Below, one piece after another: positions 39,442 to 51,969 of a stretch of DNA of 64,000 bases (within the stretch, counting starts at the first letter, position 1; every line of letters begins with the position of its first letter). The notes below the pieces were generated by a model. That model was not told the origin of the DNA, searched no databases, and saw only the letters and a program-made list of their open reading frames with translations. A program made the translations under genes and the position numbers. Source of the stretch: Podarcis vaucheri. Lineage: Eukaryota. The stretch is taken from NCBI GenBank assembly GCA_965113315.1, contig OZ220372.1. One strand, written 5' to 3'.

Positions 39442-41160
39442 GTAGGAGAAAGCACTTAATATGCAAACAAGCAGGGTTGCATTCAACAGTGTTGCTCACT
39501 GACAGTAAAGCAGTAAGGCCAGTTGAATAGGGACAAGAGAACTTTAATTTCCCCACCCTTCCCCTTGCACCCAGCCTCCTAAATCTGCTTCAGAAGGATG
39601 GGAGATTCTCCAGAGCAGATTTGGGGTTGAGGGAGGGCTGCAGAGGAGATGGGAAATCACTGAAAAGTGCTTACCTCCTCATTCTGCTGACAGAAACCTT
39701 CCTGAGAATCCGGGGGTTGATTCCATTGCATATGTGAGGATCTGAATGCATACTGAAGCCCTTGCCTTTTTCTCTCTTTAATGCAAAGCATCAAACTTGA
39801 AATGCACTTATTTCCCAAGCCTTTGGGTGCCACCAGGTTTGATTGCCAGCACTATGGAACTTGGTTGGGTTTGGTATACAAAAACATTGAAAAAAATAAG
39901 TGGCTAGTTTCAAATCTGTTTTCATGTATCTTTTATCATAAATGATCATGAGTGACAGAAACACACAGGAGAATAGAAAAGACTTGGCGTCAAGTACATA
40001 TTGGATGCAGCTGTTCTGCTGGCAAGGAATTTGCATCACTGAAACGCAATTGACTGTTTTTACACAGTTAATAAAGACTTTACCCAGGCAAGTTCAGAAC
40101 ATGCAAAGTCTCACTAAAGAAATTGATCTGAGTAGCCATTAGTGTTTGGGGGTGAGGGTTTGCTTAGGTAATGAGGGTCAGACACAAAAAGAAACTATTG
40201 TTAACTGGGATGTCCTGGCATGTTCCCTCAATTGCAGAAATGGAGGAGCTAAACTCTTTCTTATCTTGGATTATTAAGATATACTATGATAATCCAAGCA
40301 CAGCCTATTTGTGTCAGTGTCTCAAAATAATAGGCAAAGGTAATATAACACTAACAATGTTTTGTCGGGTAGGAATAGGAAGATGTTAACATGACAGAGA
40401 ATAATCTTATGGTAAACTTTCTCTTTAGCAGGCCCAAAGTTACTGCTTGACTGTTTTTGAAAATAAATCATTAAACCTGTTAACTCAGTTATTATTAAGT
40501 TCACCATGGTTCAGAGCCAGTGTATCAAAGATCCAGTGTATCAAAGAGGTTTTTTGTGCATTAACAGCAAACTCCATTAGCATGCAATACAGAAAAAGTA
40601 TTCCATTTAGCTATAACTTGTTTCATCTTTGTACTAAGCTGTCAAAGGTGGTCTTGAAGTTACAGCAGAACAGTTCTGGCTTCAACCTCCACTTTCTGCA
40701 TGGATTGCCTATGCTATAGATTTCCCTATGGGGTTTTAATAGTGCATCTTATTCCAGTGGGCTGTAAGTCACTACCTGTCAGCTGATAGGTTCTCACTTC
40801 AAGGCCATTTGGATTCGCTGCACTATCAAGTTCAGCAGGCGGTTTGCTGTTCTGTGGAGTACCCCATGGGAAGCTGCATAGCACAATCTATCCCAGCAGG
40901 CCTGCTGATCCCAGTAGACAGTCGATTGGTGGTGATAGGAAGTCTCCCTTGCTAATTAGCAGTTGGGAAAGTGCTTAAAGGCTCCCTATTGTACATTGGC
41001 AGCTACATCTCTACCTACCCCACACCTGATGCATATATTATATCAGATGTGGGCAGATGGACATGGTGGAACCACCTTGTGGACAAATTGGGACCTGTTC
41101 CAGGCCTAATAAGACTTAGGGGCTGGAAGTTCCCCATGCCTACTTTAGCGGGTTCATATA

Positions 41161-41386
41161 CAGTGGTACGTCGGGTTAAGTACTTAATTCGTTCTGGAGG
41201 TCCGTTCTTAACCTGAAACTGTTCTTAACCTGAAGCACCACTTTAGCTAATGGGGCCTCCCGCTGCTGCCACGATGCCGGACCACGATTTCTGTTCTTAT
41301 CCTGAAGCAAAGTTCTTAACCTGAAGCACTATTTCTGGGTTAGCGGAGTCTGTAACCTGAAGCGTATGTAACCTGAGGTACCACTG
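41161..41386 (-). mobile_element. Tc1/mariner MITE, family A, opposite orientation
   Basis: TIR CAGTGGTAC, TA TSD. Confidence 0.88.
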
Positions 41387-41436
41387 TACTACATCTTCAA
41401 AGATTCTGAATACTTCCCCTCCTCTATTTCTCCCAG

Positions 41437-41531
41437 ATCTCTTGTTTAGGTATTACTACAAATGAAAGGATGAATGCAAGACGATATAAGCACTTTAAAG
41501 TTACAACAACATCTATCGAAAGCCCATTTAA
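41437..41531 (+). CDS. ZDHHC17: ZDHHC17 exon 16 (ISCLGITTNERMNARRYKHFKVTTTSIESPF)
   Basis: ccAG/GTAAGT, TTxE motif. Confidence 0.97.
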
Positions 41532-42602
41532 GTAAGTACATAGATAAAGAAACATGGAAATGTGTTTATACAAACATGCGGGTGGTATTCACAAGTGAGG
41601 GAAAGCTTAAATAGCGCATGTGAATGGATTCTGTGTACTGGGTTGTTTCCCCCCTTTCCTAAAAGGTAGCCACAGAAATGTGAATCTCTTTCCACATGTT
41701 CCCAGGAAAGCAGCTGAGTTAGGGTTGTGATCTTGATTGGGGAAACTGTTTGAAGGTCATCAAAGTATTTTTTGTTGTATAGTTTACCTGCTCTGGAAAT
41801 TTTATACAAATTGAAATGTGAACTACAACTTCCTTAAACAAATAACTAGAACATGAGCAGAAACACATTTCTCTTTTAGCACCCTCAAATTCAAAACAAA
41901 ACAAAATCCTAAAACTAAAAAGCATACAGTTCATTTTCTCTCTCCCTCATGCATATGCATGCATATGCAAATATTTACCATTTCATATTGTTCACATACT
42001 TGGATTCTCTTGGAAGTAATTACGCCATTAGTACTGACATGCACAAAAAATCCTAGCTACCTAGTAACATTCAAAATAAACATTACCATAAATGAAAGAT
42101 TATTCCTTAGAAAAAAATACTTTAGAGTACACAGACATCTGCTTTCTCTTTCCCTAATTTGGTCCCGTTTTCTCTTCTCTACAATCCCATTAATAACTGA
42201 CAAAGACTCCTACATTTTCTTCTTTCCCCAAACCTCTTTATCCCCTTCAGCCTGCCTTATTCCTCCTCTTGTGTATCTTTCTTCCTTTGGAATTAAGGGC
42301 ACCAATAGTATGATCAAACAGCAGCAATCTAATAACATCAAAAAGTAAAAGTCTAATCAGCAGTCTGGTTGCACAGGCTGCAGTTTCTGGACTGTCTTCA
42401 AAGGCAGCCCTACATATAACAGTTTTCCAGTAGTTGTCTAAATGAGGTTACCAAGGATGAAGCCACTGAAGCCGGATTATCCATAAGGAGTAGGCCATCA
42501 GGCAAAGCCATAAAGGCACTCAAGCCATTGAGACCACTTTTGTCTCTGGCGATAGTAATTGATCCATGAGAACCCACAAAACACAGACCTGAACTTTTAG
42601 GG

Positions 42603-42802
42603 CAGAGCTTTCCAAACTGTGTGTCGCGACACATTAGTGTGTCAGCTGCAGTGTGTAGGTGTGCCATGCAAACACTCCCTACGCTCCTCATGGGGAAATG
42701 GGTTAGTTTAACCTCCAGTTTGCTAATAAAACTAAATTACTGTGCCGCAAAATAATGCATGTCTAAAAAGTATGTCACCAACATAAAAAGTTTGGAAAGC
42801 TG
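42603..42802. mobile_element. Non-autonomous hAT element
   Basis: TIR CAGAGCTTTCCAAAC, perfect 8-bp TSD TTTTAGGG (42595-42602 / 42803-42810). Confidence 0.88.
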
Positions 42803-43330
42803 TTTTAGGGGGAAACATGACCATATCCAGAGCTGTTGAAAGTAGCATCCAGAGACTTGTAGAATATCTGATGAAATAGTGATCATACCCTCACTTGTGG
42901 AAGTGGCCAGACTGTGCAACCACATTAGATACATGAATTGTGTTCCACCAGAACCATGAATTCACTCAGTTCTAGCCAATTAAACTGGGTATTTGTAATT
43001 GCTCACGTGTTCTATGTAATCAGTCCTTCCCCAAACCCAATACAATAGGTCAGAAGTATTTTCCCCATTATAAAGGGGGAAGATAAACTGAAGCCAAGAA
43101 ATCATAGCTTGCCTAAAACTTCCTATTGAGAGCTTAGAACCCTGTGTGGCTTCTTGGTTGATAGCTGACGCGTTTCACTCCTCGGTAGCAGTGAATGTTT
43201 CTGTAAGTATCAGCAAGCACAGTTATATGTATGGGGGTGGGGAAGTCCTCCTTAATGTTAACTATTAACATCGTTGCACTTGCTGGACTAACATAATATT
43301 TATGTAACCATTTTTGTTTGTATTTTTTAG

Positions 43331-43469
43331 CCATGGATGCATAAGAAACATTATAGACTTCTTTGAATTCAGATGCTGCGGTCTTTTTCGTCCTGTTATT
43401 GTGGACTGGACAAGGCAGTATACAATAGAATATGACCAAACAACTGGAAGTGGCTACCAGCTAGTGTAA
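43331..43469 (+). CDS. ZDHHC17: ZDHHC17 exon 17 coding part (HGCIRNIIDFFEFRCCGLFRPVIVDWTRQYTIEYDQTTGSGYQLV*)
   Basis: ttttAG acceptor, PaCCT-like region, TAA at 43467-43469. Confidence 0.96.
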
Positions 43470-46420
43470 CACCCACCTCCAAACCTGTGAGCATATCGTA
43501 TCTGAGTGGTGCCTGAAAATTTGTTTCTCTCAAATCCACATCCCTTGAACAGTAGCATGCTATGAATAGAGCTAACAGTGAATCTAATGGTACCTTCTCT
43601 GCATCAGTTTTATTAACAGATGTAATCAAAGGACAGAATAAACTGCCAATCCTGACAATGAGGAGGAAGATGAGAAAGGGATTTTAACTGTCCTTACCGT
43701 GGGAATGATTCACAAAGACATATTCACGCCATTTTCTTTCCTTTTAACTGCTTTCACAATGGAGCATGAGATTGTTAAAATACAAACATACTAAAGTCAT
43801 GCTGTGCTGAACGTTAAATATTTATTTCATAATTTGAACAATTTCATTGGAATTAAAGTCAAATTTTACAAAGCAGCCAGACTTTGAGATCAATGTATTA
43901 TATTTCCTGTAATGGAATTTTTGTACAGATTTGCTATAGTATTATGTGCATTGAAAATGTGCATTCAGTACTCCGAAGAATCATGTGGTCTTACTGGGAA
44001 TCCACCATAAAGCGTGAAGTTGTTGGAAGCAGGACGCAGAAGGATGTTAGTCACAAAACTGTTACGTAAATGTAATGGCTGTTGGCTGTTAAAGCTGTCT
44101 TGTTTCCGATATATTGAATTACTCATAATAAGCCTTGTGTGAAGATGTATATTCGGGGAGGGTGGGTGAAGTTGCACAAAATTACATCTCTCTCGTCCAG
44201 TATAAAGCCCTACTTGGTGCATGATACGACTTTTGAAAATTAGACCACAAAACAAAATATAGCATAATAATCTGCGAAAACTAAATAAAAACGTATAATA
44301 TATGCAGTCAGTGAAATGCTGGTACCTAAGTAGTAGGTACAGTTCTGCATGATGTAGTCTACAGTCATTGGAGGATGTTCAAAGTCATGTAGGTGGAACC
44401 AAAGAGTGAAAGGGCCAACTCTCAGTAATAGGGGAGCGGGGAAGGATATGACTGCAGTTAAATTGAATGTGGCTGCTGGAGAAGTAAAAACTGATTAACA
44501 AATAACTCTTTTAATTTACATAAAATAATGGAATTCAAGCTAAAGAAAGTTATAATTCCTTTGTAGCAGATTTAAGTGGAAAAAACATTACATGGCTTCT
44601 TGAAGAATATGGTAATGGAAGTGGGAAAACACCCTTAACTTTTGTTTGTCTCAAAGTTACCAGAACCAGATATATTTGAAAGGTAAGGAGTGGTATGAAG
44701 TTGCATTCCAGAAGAGTTTTATGTTGTTGAATGTGATGCACTGATTTTATGTTACAGCATTTTTATATATTCCTTGTGAATTATTCACTGCTTCCTTAAC
44801 TATTGTTTACAGAGAGACTTGAAAAATCGGTTAAGTTCTCTTTTTAAGTGCTGTAGCAACATAGTGGTTCGAGAATCCTGTGAGGGGGATTTGGGGAGGG
44901 GACCTTAATACAGATGATCGAGACCAGTGTAAAGAATGTTTATCTGTATATACATAATTTATCAAATAGTTTTCTCTTTGTGAGTGTGTGTGTGTGCGTG
45001 TGTGTGTGTTAGTATATTTAAAAGCTGCTCATTTCATTTTATCCAACCAAAAATGTAGGAAGATATCTAATGGGCTTGTTAGTAATGATCAATATTGCTG
45101 TTAATAGGCACTGTACCCTGCAACTTCACTGCATGTTTGATGCTTGGCAAAACTAGCATTTCCTGTAATATGCAGATTACAGGTATTAAAGCAATCTAGT
45201 GGTATTCCCGCCCCTTGCCTTAGTAAGAGGAGCAGTGAAACTGTAAATAGTTGATGTTCAGTATTTTCAAGTAGGCATTTTCCCTCTAGCCATTTCTTTG
45301 ATCACCAGGTGTGCATAGTTTGCAAGTACCAGATATCAAGATTTACAGAAGTGCAACATTAGTGTACTTGAATGTTTAATACTGGAAAAATTCAACTTTG
45401 TCTTTGACACACTATTTTTGAGGGAAAGAGAATGAAGTTGGGTGCAGGGATGGCAAAAGAGGCCTGTGCCATTTTGTCAGATACAACTTAGAACTATAAT
45501 AAGAATATATTATTCTTACAACACTACTTGTAAACTTTAGTTTCAAGCTGAACATGTTTGAGCAGAGCCATCTATTTCTTATTTTACATTACATGGAGTT
45601 GACTCCTTTTTGGAGAAAGCGTAGCTCTGCAGAATCTCATTTGATGTTGAAAGCCCTCCGTAATCTATTTGCTAAATATATTTCATAGCTCCAGAAAAAT
45701 CTGTGTAATATACATCTATATTTCTTTTGCAAGTTACAGTAATGTGCACCATATGGATTCCTTGTACAAATAATTGTGTCCTTGATAGTGAAAATAAATC
45801 CTACTTCAGTTGAGCCAAAATACTTGGGTGTAAATTTTGCTTAACTCTATGCTGCAAAAAGAAAATATAATGGAGTTAGAATTGCCCAGAAGAAGGTTCT
45901 ACATCTGAGGCAGCTAGAATAATTCTAGTAGTCTGAAATACTGAAGGTTTTTTTTTTCTGAAATCTGGCAGATTGGGTGGGGGGGAGTATCTATGTAGCA
46001 TTTTTTTCTACCAAGAACTCTCTTATTTATTGCAGCAGACCACACAATTCTAGAGGGCTGCATGAAAGCGATCCAAATATACTGGATAGAGGTTCATTGA
46101 TCTATTCAGATCAAGCAAATGAAAAATTTGTTTCTGCCCTAGATAAGCTATTTTCTTTTTGCAGGTTTTAAGTTTCTCAATGCTCCTAAGTTGTTTTAAC
46201 AGTTAATATGCATAATAGCATCATTGTTTAAAACTGAGTATTTTTTTAATTTACTTTATTTATAACTGTGCCAAGCATTATTTTACTACTGTCAAAATGT
46301 TGATGTATTACATGGTGAACAAAATCTGTAAAATGTTTAATAAAAATAGCACTCCTTACATAAATTAAAATTGTCATTTTTTGTAAGTTATTAATCAAAT
46401 AAATACTTGTCTCCTAGATG
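43470..46420 (+). other. ZDHHC17: Probable long AT-rich 3' UTR of ZDHHC17
   Basis: AT-rich with no obvious TEs; AATAAA at 43637, 44284, 45793, 46339, 46398; end point inferred. Confidence 0.6.
46339..46403 (+). terminator. Distal polyadenylation signals (AATAAA x2) of ZDHHC17
   Basis: AATAAA 46339-46344 and 46398-46403 with downstream U/GU-rich sequence, where the AT-rich block ends. Confidence 0.55.
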
Positions 46421-48978
46421 CTAGCATTTGTCTTTACTTCAGCAAGAGTTTCTTGTTCTCCTGCTCAGAACACTCAGGAATTTATTCTTAGCAGATTGGA
46501 GTAACCTCCTAATTAGCAGAAAAGGAGCCAAAGAGCCCATTGCTACCTCAGTAAGTAGACTAGCGGAGCATTTTTTTTCAGTATTGGAGTTAAACTTTGC
46601 ATGCTGGTGACACTTCGTAGACATGCATCATTTCACCACACAGTTCTTCGGTTTTACAGCCTCTGGAGAAGTGCGGGGAGCGTTCACGCGACACACTTAA
46701 CATGTTGCGAGAAACAGTTTGGGGAGCTCTGATCCACAGGTTATTCTTAAACCAACTTTGTACTTTCCCTCTCCCACCTGCCCCCCAGCCTTTGAGAGCC
46801 AAGATCATGCAGGAAGGCTTTAATAGCAATTATGCTCTATAGCGGGGGTGGGCTAGTTGAATCAAGAACTGGTCCAGGCCCGGCCCTGCACTGCACCCAC
46901 CTGATATCACGGGGAGAAGAGGTGATGCAAAGTTAAAGCCATGTCTCTCCTTTTGCACCCCCAGCCTGAACTGAAAGCTGAGGAGGCAAAAGAATAATTT
47001 CTGAGGTGGGTGACAGAGCTGCTTTTTGCTATGAAAGAATAGTAACACTTACTGTGGTGCTTAGATTGGGAACAGCAGATCTCTAGTTTGTCAGGTAGCT
47101 GCAGTTTGGCCAAAATTACTGGTTAAGTAGTGAAAATAGCTTTAACTGTTGTTATTGCATAAGCATTTCTTGCTCTTATTGTATATGCCCTTGGCCTAGA
47201 TTTGTTAATTATATGGTTGTAAGAACACAGAGTTAAAGAATAATTAGTACTCTGATTTGGGGATCCTTGTTCAGAATTGTGCTGTGCACACAGATGACGT
47301 TGAAAGGAGATATGAAGTCATTTCTTTGGCAGCCTAACCATTTATTGTTGAGACATGCATACTTTGTCCTTGCTTCAAAAATTTCAAAATGACCCACATG
47401 TACATAAGCATACCAAGCAAACTTGCATGATTAACAAAAGCAAAATAGCATCTTGGCTTGAAATAAGATGTCCATTATCCCAGTTCATACTGCAAAAATA
47501 GCAAAGCCCATAGTTCATATATACTTAGATGTCTAAAATCTCTGTAGTGAAGTCTACTATGGAGTAGGGATATGGGAACAAGTTACCAAATGAATAAAAT
47601 CTGACAAAAATTGTTTTTGTCTATAACACAAGAAACTGTTTAACAAGTGAAACCTTAGTTTCCCTACGCTTTCTAGTTACTGTCCTGTCTGCTTCTTCCC
47701 CTGTCCCCAGAAATTAGTGCCTTGGTGAACTGCCTCATCCACAATGTTGAAGATACCCTAGTAAGTGGTTAGAAGTACTGGTCCCTTTGCAGAAGTCTGA
47801 ATCACAAATGACATTTTTGTTACTGTGTATATTCCAAAATGTCATAACCCTGGCCAATTATGGATAGAGTAGCAATAGTTGTAGGGCTAACTCTACAAGC
47901 AATTCAGAACATCAGTATTCAAAGAGTAATAACAAGATATGAGGCTTTCTAGAAGTTACTCCAGACTCTTAATGTTCTCATAACTGCAGTATATATCATA
48001 GACTTGGATCTTATAGTAAACTTGAGTTCATAGAGTTCCCCCTGTGCTCCATCCAACCTCTTCCCAAACAGCCTGTGCAGGTGAAATGGGAGTAGAGAAG
48101 GAGAGAGGAGGGAACTTCCTTGTGAGTCAAGCTATGGTCCTGTCCCCCCCAGTCTCTCTTTAGGATACCATGAATTAGAATAGCCAGAGCAGAGATCTAC
48201 TGCAGAAGATACCTCAGTTGCATTTTTAGAAGTTGCTGCCTTTCTGACATCAAGGTAACCTCACATATGTTGTCTGTGAAACTACTGAGATGGACAGTTA
48301 ACATAGTGTTATGATGGCCATTTGCACTAGCCCTGTTCAGGTGTTCATCCCCTATAAAAGGGGCAGAGCAAGGGATGGGTGGTTGTCAGCTTATTGGCCT
48401 TAACTCTTCCATTATCCCATCATTCCCTAGAAGGGAACCTGCTATACTTAGTGGAGTAACACCAGGATTCTAAATTATGGACTCCATGAGTAGAGCAGGT
48501 TCCTATTTTAGAAGTTACTTCTCCAGAGTGGAGTAGGCAAGACCAGTGAGCATAATTGGGAAGGTTAATGCCTGAGCAGGGCTACTGCAAATCTACAATG
48601 ACAGACTTGGCTATAATGGATTAATATGCTTTTTACTCCCAGTCTTCCCATTACCTGATGAAGTGCTCGTTTAGGCAGCAAGCAACTCATACCATGCTTC
48701 AAATGTTGCAGGCAAAGCAATATATAGATGCAGATCTGTAGGCAGTAGAAACAGAACAATTTTCTCCAGGGGGCCTTTCAACACACTAATCTTCTAAGCA
48801 AAAAAAAGATTTACCGAACCCAATTGACAGTGCATGTAAAAAGTGTGCTTTTAAGGCTTGAGAAAATGCAATACTTTAAGACAAGCAACGGCATAGGACA
48901 CTAGTTATCAGTTTCACAGTAATTAGTGGCATTTATAATGTAACTACAGAACCATTTCAGTGCAGTGGCACTAACGAA

Positions 48979-49055
48979 TCATTGAGCGTGAACCAGAGCA
49001 CCAGCTCCCTGCCCATAGCCAAATCCTTTGGGGCCAAAGTTCTTCGCATAACAAC
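48979..49055 (-). CDS. CSRP2: CSRP2 exon 6 coding part ([25 protein letters not shown])
   Basis: gcAG acceptor, TGA stop. Confidence 0.97.
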
Positions 49056-49196
49056 CTGCAAGGATAAATAGTAGACTATCAGTTCAATTCTAGCAGTTGT
49101 TTTGGTGAAATAATAAAATCAGGTACTCAAGCAGATTTACAGAACATTTTTTTAAATGAGTTTCTATTGTTTTCCAGGGCAAAACTATTCCTTATA

Positions 49197-49503
49197 CAGT
49201 GGTGCCCCGCAAGACGAATGCCTCGCAAGACAGAAAACTCGCTAGACGAAAGAGTTTTCCATTTTGGAGGTGCTTCGCAAAACAAATGTCCTATGGGCTT
49301 GCTTCGCAAGACGAAAATGTCTTGCGAGTTCCTGCGGGTTTTTCCCCTCCCCCCCTTTTTCTAAGCCGCTAAGCCGCTTATCAGCTGATCCGATAAGCCG
49401 CTAATAGCGCTAATCCGTCAATGGGCTTGCTTCGCAAGACGAAAAAACCGCTAGATGAAGAGAATCACAGAACAGATTCTTTTCGTCTTGCGAGGCACCA
49501 CTG
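49197..49503. mobile_element. Tc1/mariner MITE, family C, in CSRP2 intron 5
   Basis: TIR CAGTGGTGCC(C/T)CGCAAGACGAA, TA TSD, internal CGCAAGACGAAAA repeats. Confidence 0.88.
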
Positions 49504-49799
49504 TACCTATAGAACTGCCACCTCTGAAAGAAGGAAACTGCTATACAAATCCTTTTGGCTGGTGTAAAATAGTTGTCCCTACACCATCCACAGCAATGAT
49601 TTAAGATTACTTCCTTAGTTGAAAACCTGATACCTTCATTATTCTCCAACTATCACTTAAATTGAGAAAATATTTATCCACTTAAAGAACAGTTGCAGAA
49701 TAGATTCCTTTGACCTGTTGACCACCCCTTCCTGGAATCAAACCATACAACTCTTCACCGGAACAAGCAATTTTTATGCCCTTTGCCTTAACCTCTTAC

Positions 49800-49893
49800 C
49801 TTTGCAATAGATTTCACCGTCCTTCTCTGTCAGAGTTGTTGATTCAAGACTTTTCCCACACTTGGCACAGCGAAAGCAGTTTTTGTGCCAAGG
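49800..49893 (-). CDS. CSRP2: CSRP2 exon 5 ([31 protein letters not shown])
   Basis: ctAG/GTAAGA, LIM2. Confidence 0.97.
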
Positions 49894-50241
49894 CTAGATA
49901 GAAAGAGAGCACATTTATTTTAGGCTTCTGTATTGCACCATTAAAAAAATTCCAAATCTTTATTTTCAAAAAAAGTTGTCTTCTTAGAGTTATCTTGCTA
50001 TTCATATGAGCTTGATGTATTAGTAAAAAGCACTTAAGTACAAATGTTTGAGAAACTGGATTCAGCTGGCCACTGTCTCAAGACTGCAAATCTCTTCCTC
50101 CTCAAAGAGATCTACTTGCTCACCTCTTGTAAGAGAGCAAGCTACCCCACTCTTAACAAGCCAAGATTTTATCTACAATTAATGAATCTGAAAAATGTCA
50201 TTGTTGCTTGGCAAGGTATCTGCAACAATATGCTACCTTAC

Positions 50242-50371
50242 CTTTCCAGCTCCTATTACTTTCTCGGCTGCATACACAGAATCACCACACCTGGAACATT
50301 TCTCTGCTCCTCCAAATTTTTGGGCAAACTTTGAAGTATTTGGACTTGTTGTAGGTCGGTGAGAAGGTGCA
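50242..50371 (-). CDS. CSRP2: CSRP2 exon 4 ([43 protein letters not shown])
   Basis: ttAG/GTAAGG, start of LIM2. Confidence 0.97.
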
Positions 50372-51800
50372 CTAAAATAAAGTAAAGGTGCCCTAGCGTG
50401 AATATCCAATTTCAGTGGAATCCATGATTTAAATTTGTGTCCTGCCCTTCATCCATAGATCAAAGGACGGTTCACAACGTAAAAATACAAAATAAAAACA
50501 CAAAATACATAATAAAAAGAACAGGGGGGCCACAAACCAGTAACCTGGTTTAGATGCATACTAGCCCATAGTTATACTTCGATATGCTGGCTCACTGAAC
50601 TCTCACAATGCTGTTGTAATGATTTTCCCTCAATTTGCACCTGTAATATGAAAGAGGTTTTTAAAGACAGCCATGTTCGCAAATTATCTCTTAGTTTGAA
50701 CAATGGCTAGGTTTACAAATATGCACTGCTAAAAATGTACTTATTTAAGACTGCCTCACATCAGGATTTTTGCTCTAAAGTTTACTGGAATTTATAAAAA
50801 CAACTTTTATCAAAAGCCCCCATCAATGCAGCCTCATTTGTGTCTGAAGTTCTGGCTATGATAAAGACTGCCACAGTATTCCCTTGTATTCTTTAAAATG
50901 CAGCCGTTCTACAGATCTGAGTTTCTTTTTGCCTTGTGGCTTGTTTGTCTTTAAAACATATCCCCTGTCATTTAGGGAGGTGCCTTCACCATCCAAGTAT
51001 TCTTATCCATTTAGAGGGCCCTGAAAATCCTACTACAATCAATGAGGTTATGGTGGACTGCATCATGGCTTTTCATTTTACAGTGAAGGTGCTCTATCCT
51101 TGAGAACTATAAATTCATCTGAGGCATAATAGCAAGGCTTTGAAGCCTTCATCTGAACAGAAGGAACTGCTCAGCATCCAACATGTTGAGACTGTTCAAA
51201 TGAAATACCAAGCCTTGCTCGCAATTACTACCCGCCCCCAATGCTCCTGGCATACTGGAAGCCATAACTGCTGCTGCTGCACAAGCCAATGTGCACTGGT
51301 TTTGATTCAAGAGGAAGCAACTGAAGCCGAGTGCATAAAGAGAAGAGGAAGCGCACGCAAGCACAATTCTCATTGTGCCCAAACCATGGTTTGGTGTCAC
51401 ATGTGAATTAGGCATTGGTTTGCCCCATCGTATATATTAGGCTGGATATTCATGAGATTCTAAAGTAACATAACATGATTTAAGAGGTGGACCCTTAATT
51501 ATAAAACACTTACCAATAGAGCCTAGCTGCATCACTTCCATAATAAACAGCTTTCTGAGAAAACTGAATCACTATTACACACAGAGAACAAACCAGGCTT
51601 GACTCATTTCCAGAGATGTTTGTTCCCTGGACAGCTGCTAATAACGAAGGCTTAGTTATATAATCAGAGTGAACTTTACCATTCCACCATTGCTTAGGGA
51701 CAATACACAATACAGACATGACAAAAGCATGGCCGCAGGCTGTTTCATGTAGAGTCACACTGCCAGCTGCAGTTACAAGTAACATGCAAGTTATACTTAC

Positions 51801-51969
51801 TTGTCATGCTTGATGCCCAGCCTCTCCCCTCTGTCCATATTAAGAGTGCCTGCTCCTTGGCCATAGCCATAGCCTTTTGGACCATACTTCTTTCCATAGC
51901 ATGATTTGCAGTAGACCTCTTCGTCATGGATGGCTACTGTTGTGCTGTCTAAGTTTTTCCGGCAGACCA
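51801..51969 (-). CDS. CSRP2: CSRP2 exon 3 ([55 protein letters not shown])
   Basis: ccAG/GTAAGT, end of LIM1 plus Gly-rich repeat. Confidence 0.97.

Larger units (their letters stand above)
8584..43469 (+). other. ZDHHC17: ZDHHC17 (HIP14) palmitoyltransferase, span of coding exons 2-17; exon 1 not found in window
   Basis: 16 exons join in frame (104+123+78+145+65+163+126+143+101+125+63+94+84+158+95+139=1806 nt). They encode ankyrin repeats, TM helices, the DHHC-CRD and C-terminus GSGYQLV*, matching remembered vertebrate ZDHHC17. Confidence 0.97.
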
